Counted from the stretch's first letter, positions 1 to 10,080 are shown. The stretch: DNA of 64,000 nt from an uncultured Chloroflexia bacterium (GCA_963714835.1 CAVQPX010000008.1:335519-399518), one strand, 5' to 3'. Notes: generated by a model not told the origin, from the sequence alone. Translations and numbers: made by a program.

Positions 1-442
1 GGATCATCGGCATGTAGAGGGCGACGCGGTCGCCGGTGCCGACGCCGAGCTCCTTGAGCGCGTTGGCGGCCTTCTGGACCTCACGGTGCAGGTCGGCGTA
101 GGTGATCGTCCGCGTGTCACCGGGCTCGCCGATCCAGTGGTACGCCACCTTGTCGCCGAGACCGCGCTCGACATGGCGATCGACGCAGTTGTAGCTGACG
201 TTCAGCTGGCCGCCTTCGAACCATTTCGCGAACGGCAGATCCCACTCGAGCGTCTTGTCGAACGGCGTGTCCCAGTCGAGCCGCTCGCGGGCCAGTCGCG
301 CCCAGAAGGCCTCCGGGTCGCGCTGCGCTTCGTCATACAGGGCGGCGGTCGCATTGGCCTGCGCGGTGAACGCGGGATCGGGCGCGAAACCAGCACCCTC
401 GGCCATGAGCGCTTCGATCTCTGGACGCGGCTCGACGCTCAT
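1..442 (-). CDS. acs: acetyl-CoA synthetase, N-terminal part (gene continues past window start)
   Basis: Reverse translation from ATG at 442 gives [16 protein letters not shown]...[92 protein letters not shown]. This is the classic Acs N-terminus. A strong RBS GAGGAGGG lies upstream. Not in the ORF track because it runs off the window edge. Confidence 0.8.
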   Translation of the reverse strand, partial: MSVEPRPEIEALMAEGAGFAPDPAFTAQANATAALYDEAQRDPEAFWARLARERLDWDTPFDKTLEWDLPFAKWFEGGQLNVSYNCVDRHVERGLGDKVAYHWIGEPGDTRTITYADLHREVQKAANALKELGVGTGDRVALYMPMI

Positions 443-554
443 GGGTGCCCTCCTCGTGGTTGGGTGATCGAACCCATTCTACGCACGCGGGCGCGCCTCG
501 CGGCTCGTGGGCGGCGGGCGGCAGCCCCCGGGCGCGGCTCGTCGGCGGCGGGCG

Positions 555-1487
555 TCAGCCCCCGGACGCGGCCGCGCCGGCCGATCCGTCGTCGTCGGTG
601 GCGCCGCCGTCGACCGGACGCCGATCCACGATGACCCGGTGCGGGAAGGGGATCTCGATGCCCTCGGCGGCGAACGCGGCAAGCAGTCGTCGTCGGAACT
701 CACCGGCGGCGACCCAGCGATCCTCCGCTCGCACGACACCGAGGACCTTGAGCGAAACACCCGACTCATCGAAGCTCTGGACGCGATCGACGACGGGCGC
801 CTCGAGAACGCGCCGCTTCCACACGGGATCGTCCGCCATCGCCCGGCCCACTTCCGCCACGATCCGTGCGACCGTCGCGATGTCGGAGTCGTACGCGACC
901 TGGACGTCCTCGTTGATCCGCGCCCAGGTCCTGGTCAGGTTGGACGCGACGGTGATCTCGCCGTTCGGGATCGTGTGGACGGTACCGTCGAGGTCGCGCA
1001 GGGTCGTGCGGCGGAGACTGAAGTCCTCGACCGTCCCGGCGATGCCCGCGAGACGGACGGTGTCACCCTTCGAGAACTGGTTCTCGATCAGGATGAGGAC
1101 GCCGTTCAGGTAGTCGCGTACCAGATGCTGGGCGCCGAACCCGACGGCGACCCCCACGATCCCGAGGCCGGCGATCGCCGGGCCGATATCGAGTCCGAGC
1201 TCGCGCAGGATCATCAGTCCCGCGATGACGACCACGAAGAACCGGATGACCTTGGTGCCCAGGCCGTCGATCGTCGCCATGCGCTTCGACAACTCCACCG
1301 CGGAGAGCTCCTGGGCAGTCCCTTCCGACGCTTCGCGGTCCATCAGCGTCTTGACGATCCCGTGGATGAAGGGGTGTGCCAGCCGCACCACGAGGATGGC
1401 GACCGCCAGGACGATGAGGATCGGCAGGACATGGTCGCCGAGCGCGGCGACGATGTCGGCCCACGGCTGCTGGCTCAGATCTGGCAT
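555..1487 (-). CDS. mscS: small-conductance mechanosensitive channel (MscS family)
   Basis: 310-aa ORF with N-terminal TM helices and the MscS beta-domain (GDTVRLAGIAGTVEDFSLRRTTLRDLDGTVHTIPNGEI). Confidence 0.8.
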   Translation of the reverse strand: MPDLSQQPWADIVAALGDHVLPILIVLAVAILVVRLAHPFIHGIVKTLMDREASEGTAQELSAVELSKRMATIDGLGTKVIRFFVVVIAGLMILRELGLDIGPAIAGLGIVGVAVGFGAQHLVRDYLNGVLILIENQFSKGDTVRLAGIAGTVEDFSLRRTTLRDLDGTVHTIPNGEITVASNLTRTWARINEDVQVAYDSDIATVARIVAEVGRAMADDPVWKRRVLEAPVVDRVQSFDESGVSLKVLGVVRAEDRWVAAGEFRRRLLAAFAAEGIEIPFPHRVIVDRRPVDGGATDDDGSAGAAASGG

Positions 1488-1542
1488 GTACCGAGCTTAG
1501 CCGGTCGGCGCGGGACGCCGCCCGTAGGGACGCTGGCCGGCA

Positions 1543-2316
1543 TCAGGCCGCGGACGTGCCCCCGAGGCGGACCGAGATCGCGGCAGCCGCCTCGCGCGCC
1601 TGAGCCGACAGCTCGGGGATGCGGCGCGGTGTGAGCCGGAAGGCCGGACCCCAGATGTCCACGGCGGCGACGACATGGCCGCGCGCATCGTGGACCGGTG
1701 CCGCGACGGCATTCAGGCCGATCTCGAACTCGCCGATCGCCGTGGCGTATCCGCGCCGCCGAACGCGGACCAGTTCTTCGAGGAGTGGCTCGAGTTCCAC
1801 GATCGACCGTTCCGTGTAGGTCGTCAGGCCGCGCTTCACGATCCGGAGAACCTCGCGCTCGGCGAGGGCCGCCAGGAGGATCTTGCCCGATGCGACGCAA
1901 TGGAGCGGGGTCGATCGGCCGGTCCAATCGCCGACGGCGATGAGATTGGGCCCGTCGGCCTGGGCGACCGTGAGGAGCTGGTCGCCGTCGAGGACCCCCA
2001 GCCCGGTCGTCTCGTGGGTGAGGCGCGCGAGGCGCTCCAGCTCCGGCATCGCGATCGAACGCAGGTCGAGCGTGCGCTCGGCGCGCTCCGCCAATCGGAT
2101 GACGACCAGCCCCAGCCGGTATTTGCCGGTCTCGCCGTCCTGCTCCACGAGGCCCCGCCGCTGGAGGGTCGCGAGCAGCCGCGACGCGGTCGACTTGTGA
2201 AGCCCCAGTCGTCGCGCCAACTCGGTGACCCCCGCCTCACCGTGGCTGTCGCCCAACGCCAGGAGGAGTGATGCGGCGCGGTCGACGGACCGGACCGCGT
2301 TACCGTCGAGCGCCAT
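1543..2316 (-). CDS. IclR-family transcriptional regulator
   Basis: N-terminal HTH (SVDRAASLLLALGDSHGEAGVTELARRLGLHKSTASRLLATLQRRG) and IclR effector domain. Lies directly downstream of the aminotransferase on the same strand. Confidence 0.8.
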   Translation of the reverse strand: MALDGNAVRSVDRAASLLLALGDSHGEAGVTELARRLGLHKSTASRLLATLQRRGLVEQDGETGKYRLGLVVIRLAERAERTLDLRSIAMPELERLARLTHETTGLGVLDGDQLLTVAQADGPNLIAVGDWTGRSTPLHCVASGKILLAALAEREVLRIVKRGLTTYTERSIVELEPLLEELVRVRRRGYATAIGEFEIGLNAVAAPVHDARGHVVAAVDIWGPAFRLTPRRIPELSAQAREAAAAISVRLGGTSAA

Positions 2317-2327
2317 CTCGCCGGTCC

Positions 2328-3704
2328 CTAGCCGCCGGCCGGAGTCGGGATGTCGCCGTGGGCACGTGCCTCGAGGGCGGCGTCCAGCGAGTCGGAGAAG
2401 ATCGCGAGGATCCGGTCCGTGTAGTTGCCCGTCCCGTGCGCCTCACAGATGAACCACGGCTCGCGCGAGTCCGGCTCGGGCATCGCGCCGCGGGCGTGCA
2501 TCCCGATCGCGATCGCGTCGTATAGGTCGTGGTCGGAGGCCGCCCAGTCGCGGTACTCGGTCGGCGCCGTGTCGGTGAACATGATCCCGAACATCGACGG
2601 GTGACCGGTGAAGAGGTACGGGAGCCCCTTGCGATCGAGGATCTCGGCAAGGCCGGTCTGGAGCGCCCGACCGGTCGCATGGATCGTCTCGAGGGCGTTG
2701 GTCTCCTTGATGATCGAAAGGACCTTGACGGCGGCCGCGGCTGCGACGCGGTTGCCGGCGTAGGTGCCGCCGTGGCTCACGTGATCCGGCAGGACGCTCA
2801 TGGCCTCCTCGGTCCCACCGAACGCAGCGGCCGGATAGCCGTTGCCCATCGCCTTGGCGAAGGTCGCCAGGTCGGGCTTGATCCCGAAGTACTCGGCCGC
2901 GCCGCCACGAGCGAATCGGAATCCGGTCTTGACCTCGTCGAAGATGAGGAGCGATCCGAATTCCTTGGTCAGCGCCCGGATGGCCTCGTGAAAGCCGGCC
3001 TGCGGCAGGATCGCCTGGGCGTTCCCGAGCACGGGCTCGATGATGACTGCGGCGATGTCGTTGCCGTCGCGCTCGAAGATCCGGCGCAGGACGTCCATCG
3101 CGTTGTAGCGTGCCGGGATGATCGTCCGCGCGACCGCCTCGGGGATGCCGCGGCCCCAGGCGAGGCCGACCGGGTTCTCGGAATCGCCCAGCTCGCTCAT
3201 GTCGTCCGGGGTTACCGAGATCAACGCGTAGTCGTGGACGCCGTGATACTGGCCCTCGAACTTCACGATCTTGTTGCGGCCCGTGTACGCCCGAGCCACG
3301 CGCATCGCATGCATCGTGGCCTCGGTGCCGGACACGGTCATCCGGGCCTTCTCGACCCAGCCGGTGAGCTCCTTGATCAACTCGATCGTGCGGACCTCGT
3401 CCTCGCTCGTGATCGAGAAGCTGACGCCCTTGCGCATCCGCTCGTTCACGTGGTCGTCGACGCGATCGTCGCCGTGCCCGAGGATCACGGGACCGTAGCC
3501 GAGGCGGAGGTCGATGTACTCGTTGCCGTCCATGTCCCAGACGGTCCCGCCCTTGCCGCGATCGACATAGATCGTGTCGTCGCCCCAGGCCCGGAAGTTC
3601 GAGTTGGTGCCCCCGGGCAGGCTGAGGAGTGCGCGGCGGTACAGGGCCATCTGTGCGTCGCGCTTGAGCGCGGTCACGGGACGCTGGGCCGGTTCGGTCG
3701 TCAT
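2328..3704 (-). CDS. class-III (omega) aminotransferase, PLP-dependent
   Basis: The protein starting MTTEPAQRP... carries class-III aminotransferase motifs (IIEPVLGNAQAILPQAGFHEAIRALTKEFGSLLIFDEVKTGFR). RBS GGAGGGA before ATG at 3704. The longer ORF reaching 3824 has an Arg-rich low-complexity N-terminus and is unlikely. Confidence 0.8.
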   Translation of the reverse strand: MTTEPAQRPVTALKRDAQMALYRRALLSLPGGTNSNFRAWGDDTIYVDRGKGGTVWDMDGNEYIDLRLGYGPVILGHGDDRVDDHVNERMRKGVSFSITSEDEVRTIELIKELTGWVEKARMTVSGTEATMHAMRVARAYTGRNKIVKFEGQYHGVHDYALISVTPDDMSELGDSENPVGLAWGRGIPEAVARTIIPARYNAMDVLRRIFERDGNDIAAVIIEPVLGNAQAILPQAGFHEAIRALTKEFGSLLIFDEVKTGFRFARGGAAEYFGIKPDLATFAKAMGNGYPAAAFGGTEEAMSVLPDHVSHGGTYAGNRVAAAAAVKVLSIIKETNALETIHATGRALQTGLAEILDRKGLPYLFTGHPSMFGIMFTDTAPTEYRDWAASDHDLYDAIAIGMHARGAMPEPDSREPWFICEAHGTGNYTDRILAIFSDSLDAALEARAHGDIPTPAGG

Positions 3705-3774
3705 GATCCCTCCGTGGATCGTCGGGGTCCGCTCTGGGTGGATCCGCCGCGAGTGATGCGTGGAGCGGGACGGG

Positions 3775-3793
3775 CGTTGCGGAGTACGCAACG
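3775..3793. promoter_or_regulatory. perfect inverted repeat CGTTGCG-N5-CGCAACG in the divergent promoter region; candidate IclR operator
   Basis: Read directly: cgttgcggagtacgcaacg. It sits between the divergently transcribed aminotransferase/iclR operon and the FAD oxidoreductase gene. Confidence 0.4.
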
Positions 3794-3933
3794 ACGTGGC
3801 GGCCATCGTGCCATACGGGTCCATCCGTGGTCAACACGAGATTCGCAAGCTCGCCCATGAATCGCGACGAATCACGCAGTGCTGGTGTGCCTGGGCCTCC
3901 AGAACCGTGCGCTGACGCGATCCCGGGACCCGG

Positions 3934-5334
3934 ATGTGCGACCATCCGGGGATGCGTGTCCCCGTGACTCCCGTGAGCTTCTGGCTTGCCCCGCCGCCGT
4001 CCGCCGTCTATCCGGCGCTGCATTCCGATGCCAGCGTCGACGTGGCCATCGTCGGGGCCGGATTCACCGGGCTGTGGACCGCCCTGGCCCTCGTCGAGAG
4101 CGATCCCGCGCTGCGCGTGGCGGTCCTCGAAGCCGAGATGGTCGGGTTCGGTGCGACCGGTCGGAACGGAGGGTTCTGCTCGGCCAGCCTGACCCACGGC
4201 CTGGCCAACGGCATCCTGCACTTCCGCGAGGAACTGGCTGTGCTCGAGCAGGCCGGGATCGAGAACCTGGCGGACCTGGTCGCATTCACCCGTCGCCACG
4301 GCATCGCGTGCGACCTCGAGGAGACCGGGATCCTCGAAGTCGCAGACCAGCCGTACCAGGTCGATGAGTTCCGAGCCTGGGCCGACGAGGCCGCCGCCTG
4401 GGGCGAGCACCTCGAGTTCATGGACCGAGCCTCGATCCAGGCCGAGGTCCACTCACCGGTCTGGGAGGCCGGCCTGTACCGTCCGCCAGGGCGCGATGTG
4501 ATCCTCGACCCGGTGAAGCTCGTCCGTGGCCTGGCGCGCGTCGCGACCGAACAGGGGGTCGCCGTCCACGAGGGGACGCGCGTCACCGATCTGCGCCGCG
4601 CGGCGGGCGGCGTCCGGGTGGCGACGGCGGGGGGCGCGGTGCTGACCGCCGATCACGTCGTCGTGGCGACCTCGGCCTACTCCGGTTGGCTGCAGCGCCT
4701 GAGCGCTTCGTTCGTCCCCGTGTACGACTATGTGCTCGTCTCCGAGCCGCTCAGCCCGGAACAGCGGGCCGCGATCGGCTGGGCGCGCCGCCAGGGGATG
4801 TCGGACTCCAACAACCAGTTCCACTACTTCCGGTTGACCGCCGACGATCGGATCCTGTGGGGCGGCTACGACGCGATCTACCACGGCGGACGGGGCGTCG
4901 ACCCGGCCTTCGATCAGCGTCCCGCGACGTTCGCCAGACTCGAGGCTCACTTCGCCCGCGCGTTCCCACAACTCGCCGACCTGCGGTTCCCGTATCGGTG
5001 GGGTGGTGCCATCGACACGACGAGCCGGTTCACCGTCACGTTCGGGCAGACCCTCGGGGGTCGCGTGACCTACGCCCTGGGCTATACGGGGCTCGGCGTG
5101 GGCGCTTCACGCTGGGCGGGCGGCGTCGTTCGCGACTTCATCCTGCGTCCCGATTCCGACCTCCTGCGCCTGGACTTCGTGCAGAGCAGCCCGGTCCCCT
5201 TCCCGCCCGAGCCGGCCCGCTCGCTCGCGGTCAACCTCGTCCGTCGCGAGCTCGATCGCGCCGACCGGAACGAGGGACGCCGTGGGTTGCTCCTGCGAAC
5301 GCTCGACGCGATCGGGATCGGCTTCGACAGCTGA
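3934..5334 (+). CDS. FAD-dependent oxidoreductase (DAO family, gamma-glutamylputrescine oxidase-like)
   Basis: VAIVGAGFTGLWTALAL dinucleotide-binding motif; 466 aa. An alternative start is at 3952 (MRVPV...). Confidence 0.75.
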   Translation: MCDHPGMRVPVTPVSFWLAPPPSAVYPALHSDASVDVAIVGAGFTGLWTALALVESDPALRVAVLEAEMVGFGATGRNGGFCSASLTHGLANGILHFREELAVLEQAGIENLADLVAFTRRHGIACDLEETGILEVADQPYQVDEFRAWADEAAAWGEHLEFMDRASIQAEVHSPVWEAGLYRPPGRDVILDPVKLVRGLARVATEQGVAVHEGTRVTDLRRAAGGVRVATAGGAVLTADHVVVATSAYSGWLQRLSASFVPVYDYVLVSEPLSPEQRAAIGWARRQGMSDSNNQFHYFRLTADDRILWGGYDAIYHGGRGVDPAFDQRPATFARLEAHFARAFPQLADLRFPYRWGGAIDTTSRFTVTFGQTLGGRVTYALGYTGLGVGASRWAGGVVRDFILRPDSDLLRLDFVQSSPVPFPPEPARSLAVNLVRRELDRADRNEGRRGLLLRTLDAIGIGFDS

Positions 5335-5364
5335 CGGCCGGGGACGCCGACCAGCCCGCGCCGG

Positions 5365-7062
5365 TCAGTTCGCCGGGCGCATCCAGGAGGCCAGTCCGGC
5401 AGCGAGGGTCGAGAGCGGGAGGCTCCCGTGCGACAGGACCGCATCGTGGAAGGCGCGCAGATCGAACGCAGCGCCATCGCGCGCCGCGATCTCCGCGCGG
5501 AGGCGCCGGATCTCGCGCTGGCCGATCATGTACGTGAGCGCCTGGGCGGGCATGGCGATGTAGCGGTCCGTCTCGATCGTCGCATCGGTCAGGGACAGGC
5601 CGCTCTGGACGAGGAAGTCGATCGACCGCTGGCGCGGCCAGCGCAGCGCGTGGATGCCCGTGTCCACCACGAGGCGAGCAGCGCGCCACGCCTGGGCGTC
5701 GAGCATCCCGAATCGCTCTCCCTCGGTGCGATAGAGGCCCATCTCGTCGGCGAGCCCCTCGCTGTACAACCCCCAGCCTTCGACGTAGGCGCTGGCCAGG
5801 CTGCGCGCTCCGAGGCGGCGGAAGATGTTGAGGCCGGGGTGTTCCATCTCGAGGGAGATCTGGAAGTGATGGCCGGGAACCGCTTCGTGATAGGTCGTCG
5901 ATGCCAGCTTCGAGAAGCCGCGGGACGCAAGGTCGTAGCCATTCACGTAGTAGGTCCCGGCGCGCGCACCGTCGTTCGACGGCGGGAAGTAGTACGCGAA
6001 CGGTGAGTCGCGCTCCTTGAACTCCTCGACGAGCCTGACGGTGCAGTCCGCCCGCGGCAGCCTTCCGAAGTAGTCCGGCGCGATCTCGAGCGCGCGAGCG
6101 ATGTCCTCGGTCGCGCGGGCGGCGAGCGCCTCTTTCGTGGCCGGGACGTTCGTCGGGTCCTCGTCAAGGCTGCGCCGATAGGCCGCGGTATCGTCGCCGA
6201 ACCCGGCCGACCGGGAGATCGCGCGCCGCTGCTCCTCGAGCTCTTCGAGCTGCGCGATCCCCGATCGATGGACCTCGTCCGGCTCGAGGTCGAGCGAGGT
6301 CCAGTGGCGGATCAGGACGCGGTACAGCTCATCCCCGTTCGGCGCGGACCAGAGCCCGGGCTCCTCGCGCGCGGCGGCCAGGTAGTCGCCGCGGATCGCA
6401 TCGAGAAACGCCTGGTCGGCCGGGTAGACAAGCTCCGCCACCAGGGCGCGGATCCGATCGCGCTCCGGCTCGCCGGCCACCTGGGCCGCTCCAGCGACGA
6501 TCGCCTGGTCCAGCGGGATCGCGAGCATCCGCTCGAGCTGCGAGATCGTCCGGTCCGCCACGATGCGTGGCGCGGTGAGCCCGGAGGCTCGCGCGTCATG
6601 GACGATCTGCGTGCACGCAGCCATGAATGCCGGGTAGCCGCGGAGCCGCGTCTCCAGCCGCTCGAGTTGCTCCGGGGTCGCGGCCGGCTGGAACTGGCAG
6701 AGCTGGGGCAGGAGCGTCTGGGGGCCGCTCATCTGGTCGACGATCTGGAGCTCGTGCAACCGGACGTCGTCCGCCTCGATCGCCTGGCTCGAGACCGCCC
6801 GAAGCATGTCGAGCGTGATCGCATCGTCCGGGCCGATCCCGGCACGATCGACGGCGTCGACCTCGGTGATGGTGCGCTCGGCGAGGGCGCGCTGCGCGGC
6901 ACGGCCGGCCGGCCCCGGATCGTCGAAGCGGTCGCTGAAGCGCTCGTCGCCGTAGAACGTCGCGGTGAGCGGGCTCAGCTCGAGGACCGCCTCCCAGTAG
7001 CGTTCGGCGATCTCATCGGCGATCCCCGTCGGGGTCGGCGTGGTCGTCATGGGGTCGGTCAT
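5365..7062 (-). CDS. DUF885-family protein (putative metallopeptidase-like, HEXXPGHH motif)
   Basis: 565 aa with YHEAVPGHHFQ, typical of DUF885. Confidence 0.7.
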   Translation of the reverse strand: MTDPMTTTPTPTGIADEIAERYWEAVLELSPLTATFYGDERFSDRFDDPGPAGRAAQRALAERTITEVDAVDRAGIGPDDAITLDMLRAVSSQAIEADDVRLHELQIVDQMSGPQTLLPQLCQFQPAATPEQLERLETRLRGYPAFMAACTQIVHDARASGLTAPRIVADRTISQLERMLAIPLDQAIVAGAAQVAGEPERDRIRALVAELVYPADQAFLDAIRGDYLAAAREEPGLWSAPNGDELYRVLIRHWTSLDLEPDEVHRSGIAQLEELEEQRRAISRSAGFGDDTAAYRRSLDEDPTNVPATKEALAARATEDIARALEIAPDYFGRLPRADCTVRLVEEFKERDSPFAYYFPPSNDGARAGTYYVNGYDLASRGFSKLASTTYHEAVPGHHFQISLEMEHPGLNIFRRLGARSLASAYVEGWGLYSEGLADEMGLYRTEGERFGMLDAQAWRAARLVVDTGIHALRWPRQRSIDFLVQSGLSLTDATIETDRYIAMPAQALTYMIGQREIRRLRAEIAARDGAAFDLRAFHDAVLSHGSLPLSTLAAGLASWMRPAN

Positions 7063-7102
7063 CGATGGTCCTCGGCGCGGTCCGGACAGGGGGTCAGACG
7101 GG

Positions 7103-10027
7103 CTAGCGTAGCGCGTCGCCCGGATCGAACAACGGGAGCTGATCGCCCCCGCGATCGGCCTGCGCGTCCAGTCCCAGGTACGGCTCGAGAGCAGCCAGGT
7201 CGAGTGGCTCGCTCGACAGCCACGTCCGCAGGTGGTTCGACTTGATGATGTGCCAGTTCCCGTCGGACATCGCTGTGCGCAGGATCGGCGAACGCTCGAG
7301 CTTCGTCCGGATCAGCTCCGTCCGCTCGGGCGGCACCACGAGGAAGCGTACCTCGTCCGCCGGCGGGATCCGCCCGTGCCGCCGGACGACCGTGTCGTTG
7401 AGCATCGCTGTCCACTCCACCTCCCACAGGAAGGCTGCCCGCTGGCGGACGTACCAGATGCAGTCGACGGCCTCCAGTTCCTCGACCGAGGCTCGATGGA
7501 TACCGGGGAGGTAGACCCGGCGCTCCCGTTCATCGAGCCAGTCCCCGACGACGCGCGAGCCGATCCGGCGGCCTTGTTCCGCACGCGACAGCCAAGCACT
7601 CATCCCCAGACGGTGTGCACCATCCGCGAGGGCTACCAAGAGCTCGGCGTGCTCGCTCGCGCGGCGCCGGATGTCCTCGTCGGTCGCGATCGCATCAGCG
7701 CTGCTGGCCTGGCTGCGATAACTCTCAAGGCACGCTCGGACCAGCGCTTCATCGGGCAGGTCGGGGCCCCCGAACAGCGAGGCGATCCGCTCGAAGAAGG
7801 TCGCCTCGGGGATCGATCCGGCCGTCGACAGGAGACTGTAGACGGCCCACTCGAGGCGATCCGCGAGCGGCGCGGCCGCGGCAGCCCGATCCTCTCGATC
7901 GGCCAGCCACCATCGCTCCGGCTCGATCTCGACAAGGCGCCTGTTCGTCGACCGACCGAGTTCATCCCGGATCAGCGCGACCAGACGTTCGACGGGGTCG
8001 AGCATCGGCTCCTCACGTCGGGTGAGCCGCGCCGTGCCCGGGGCGCGGGGGCCCGACGAGCCGACACCCGACGTCGGCCCGGTAGCCGTGCGCGATCCCA
8101 TCGGGCCTCCCGCTCCGGCGTCTGCCGGAGACGCGCCCCCGGCGCGGGACGTGCTGGAGGCGTGGGGCGCGTCGCCGGCCGTGCCCGGGGCGTCGGGATC
8201 GGCGTCCGACGCATCGTCGACCGGCGTCGTTGCCGGGTCGAGTCGATCGGGCGGAGCGGCATGCTCGCCCGCGCTCGTGGCGGGTGATGCCGAGGACACG
8301 TAGCGTCGAAGCATGCCCAGTCGGTCCAGCCCGATGAGGATCTCGCCGAACAGGCGCTCCGTGCGCGCCGGTTCGCCGCGCGTCTTCAGGACATCCACGA
8401 GGATGTCGGTCACGGCTCGCTGGAACTCGGGGACGCCGAACGGGCGGGCATCGAACCGCTCCGGCGGGGCGAACAGGCCGGCTCCGGGGACGAGGTCGGG
8501 GTCGCCCGGTCCGCCGGCCACGGCCGGAAGCGACCGATTGGCGCGGCTGCGCGGACCCGGCGGCACGACCCCGCCGGGCGGGATGAAGACGACGCTGCTC
8601 CCATCCTCCTCGCCGGGCGCGGCGAGACGCGCGTCGTCGAGGCGGTAGCCGGCACCCACCCCGGCCAGCGTCGCGGCGACGAGTGACTCGGCGTCGCCGC
8701 CCTCGAGGATCAGGACGGCCCGGCCGTCGCGCGACAGGTGAGGAGCCACCGCCTCGAGCGACCGACGGATCGTCGCCGACTGCCACGAGGCGGGGACCCG
8801 GCCGACGGGGGTCACGACCGCCTCGAACGGGATCATCGAGGCGGCCTCGCGCCCGAGGCCCCACGCCGTCAGGTGGTAGGTCGCCGCGAGGCGATCCTGG
8901 GTCGGGTGCGGCGGCGGTTGGCCGATCACGAGCCGCACCCGCGGGCGTCGTTCCTCGGCAAGCCCGGCGCCACGGTCGGGGCGGCGCTCCGGTCCCCCGG
9001 CCTCGCGCGCGAGCGCACGCAGGCTCGACGGGCTCGAGATCCGGACCACGACGGACGCGCTCGTCTCGGACAGGCTGCGCAGGTCCTCGCCGAGGCGTGC
9101 CTGGATGGGACCCAGGGCCGCTCCTTCGATCCGCTGGACGAAGCCGCGCACGAGCCGATAGGACTCCTCGAACGCGATCCATGGGTTCCGCTCGCGCCAG
9201 GCTTCGCCACCCGGATCGCGCACATGTCCGTCGGCGATCCGGAGCTGGCTCGAGCGTCCGCCCTGGGCACTCAGCCGGCTGGCCGGGACGATCGCCCCGA
9301 TGAACGCGAGGCGCAGCGCGGACGCGACCGGTGCGGCTCGCAGCTCTCCCTCGATCCGCTCGAGGATCGCGGCGAGCGCGACGAGCTGGCGATCCGTGTG
9401 GAGGTCGAGGATCTCGTCGGCCAGTCGCTCGTATCCGGCGGCGGTCGGGAACCGGTCGCGCAGAGCACGATGGACGGATGGGCCCCCGACGTCACGATGG
9501 GCGCGCTCCACGTCGGCTTCATCGAGCGCGGCCCGACGCTGCTCTCCACCACCCCGCTGGTCTCGGCAGACGGTGCAGCGATAGCGCTTCTCGACGGGGC
9601 TCGGATCCCCTGCCGCGGGCCGCGTCCAGCCGATCTCGTCGGCGGCCAGGGTCCTGGCGCAGGTGGCACAGCGCGTCCCGAACAGGTCACCGATCCACGC
9701 CCGCAGGCTCGTCTCGCCGTGCGGTGAGGCCCCGAGCGCCCCGAACGATGCATCGAGGTGGCGCAGGTCGGGCGGTCGCAGGACGATCTCGGCGAGCAGC
9801 CGGCTCAGCGGTCCCGTCTCGAGGCTCATCGCCTGCCGCCGCCGATCGATGGCCGATCGGGCGACCCAGCCACCCCGCCCGAACAGATCGACGACGACGT
9901 CGCCCGGAGCGGTCAGCCCGTCGACGTGGGCGGCGACGAGGTCCGGCGGAGGCGGGGGAACGATCCGCTCGAGGAGCGGCAGCGTGAAGCCGGCGTCACC
10001 CAGCCCGTAGAGGGAGCGACCCACCAT
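7103..10027 (-). CDS. large uncharacterised multidomain protein (974 aa): N-terminal methyltransferase motif-I-like segment, Zn-ribbon, Pro/Ala/Gly-rich linker, conserved C-terminal domain
   Basis: N-terminus FTLPLLERIV...GDVVVDLFGRGGWVARSAIDRRRQAMSLETGPLSRLLAEIVL resembles the C-terminal SAM-binding half (FxGxG then GRRxIGIE..ARxRL) of PF01555-type N6/N4 DNA methylases but lacks a DPPY catalytic half. A CxxC...CxxC ribbon follows (CATCARTL...RYRCTVCRDQ). Residues ~560-660 are low complexity. The C-terminal ~300 aa contain VDCIWYVRQRAAFLWEVEWTAML, a possible PD-(D/E)xK-like nuclease core. Confidence 0.6.
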   Translation of the reverse strand: MVGRSLYGLGDAGFTLPLLERIVPPPPPDLVAAHVDGLTAPGDVVVDLFGRGGWVARSAIDRRRQAMSLETGPLSRLLAEIVLRPPDLRHLDASFGALGASPHGETSLRAWIGDLFGTRCATCARTLAADEIGWTRPAAGDPSPVEKRYRCTVCRDQRGGGEQRRAALDEADVERAHRDVGGPSVHRALRDRFPTAAGYERLADEILDLHTDRQLVALAAILERIEGELRAAPVASALRLAFIGAIVPASRLSAQGGRSSQLRIADGHVRDPGGEAWRERNPWIAFEESYRLVRGFVQRIEGAALGPIQARLGEDLRSLSETSASVVVRISSPSSLRALAREAGGPERRPDRGAGLAEERRPRVRLVIGQPPPHPTQDRLAATYHLTAWGLGREAASMIPFEAVVTPVGRVPASWQSATIRRSLEAVAPHLSRDGRAVLILEGGDAESLVAATLAGVGAGYRLDDARLAAPGEEDGSSVVFIPPGGVVPPGPRSRANRSLPAVAGGPGDPDLVPGAGLFAPPERFDARPFGVPEFQRAVTDILVDVLKTRGEPARTERLFGEILIGLDRLGMLRRYVSSASPATSAGEHAAPPDRLDPATTPVDDASDADPDAPGTAGDAPHASSTSRAGGASPADAGAGGPMGSRTATGPTSGVGSSGPRAPGTARLTRREEPMLDPVERLVALIRDELGRSTNRRLVEIEPERWWLADREDRAAAAAPLADRLEWAVYSLLSTAGSIPEATFFERIASLFGGPDLPDEALVRACLESYRSQASSADAIATDEDIRRRASEHAELLVALADGAHRLGMSAWLSRAEQGRRIGSRVVGDWLDERERRVYLPGIHRASVEELEAVDCIWYVRQRAAFLWEVEWTAMLNDTVVRRHGRIPPADEVRFLVVPPERTELIRTKLERSPILRTAMSDGNWHIIKSNHLRTWLSSEPLDLAALEPYLGLDAQADRGGDQLPLFDPGDALR

Positions 10028-10033
10028 CTGGTG

Positions 10034-10064
10034 ATTGTGGCAGACGGAGCGGGCACGTTGGCAA
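10034..10064 (-). promoter_or_regulatory. candidate sigma70-like promoter (TTGCCA-N19-CACAAT) immediately 5' of the 974-aa gene; would give a near-leaderless transcript
   Basis: Minus-strand reading: ttgccaacgtgcccgctccgtctgccacaatcaccagATG. Confidence 0.3.
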
Positions 10065-10080
10065 GACGGGCCCGGCCGTC
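10065..10080. terminator. GC-rich hairpin (gacgg-gcccgg-ccgtc) just downstream of the TPR gene stop
   Basis: Inverted repeat read in sequence at 10065-10080; no U-tract follows, which is common at high GC. Confidence 0.3.

Noticed and set aside
2443-4452. 669-aa ORF and numerous other 100-600-aa ORFs rich in Arg/Pro/Gly/Ala on the strand opposite recognised genes
   Set aside because: These are typical antisense and out-of-frame open frames in ~70% GC DNA. Their composition is low-complexity (RRPRRG...) with no motifs, and real genes with strong homology occupy the same DNA.
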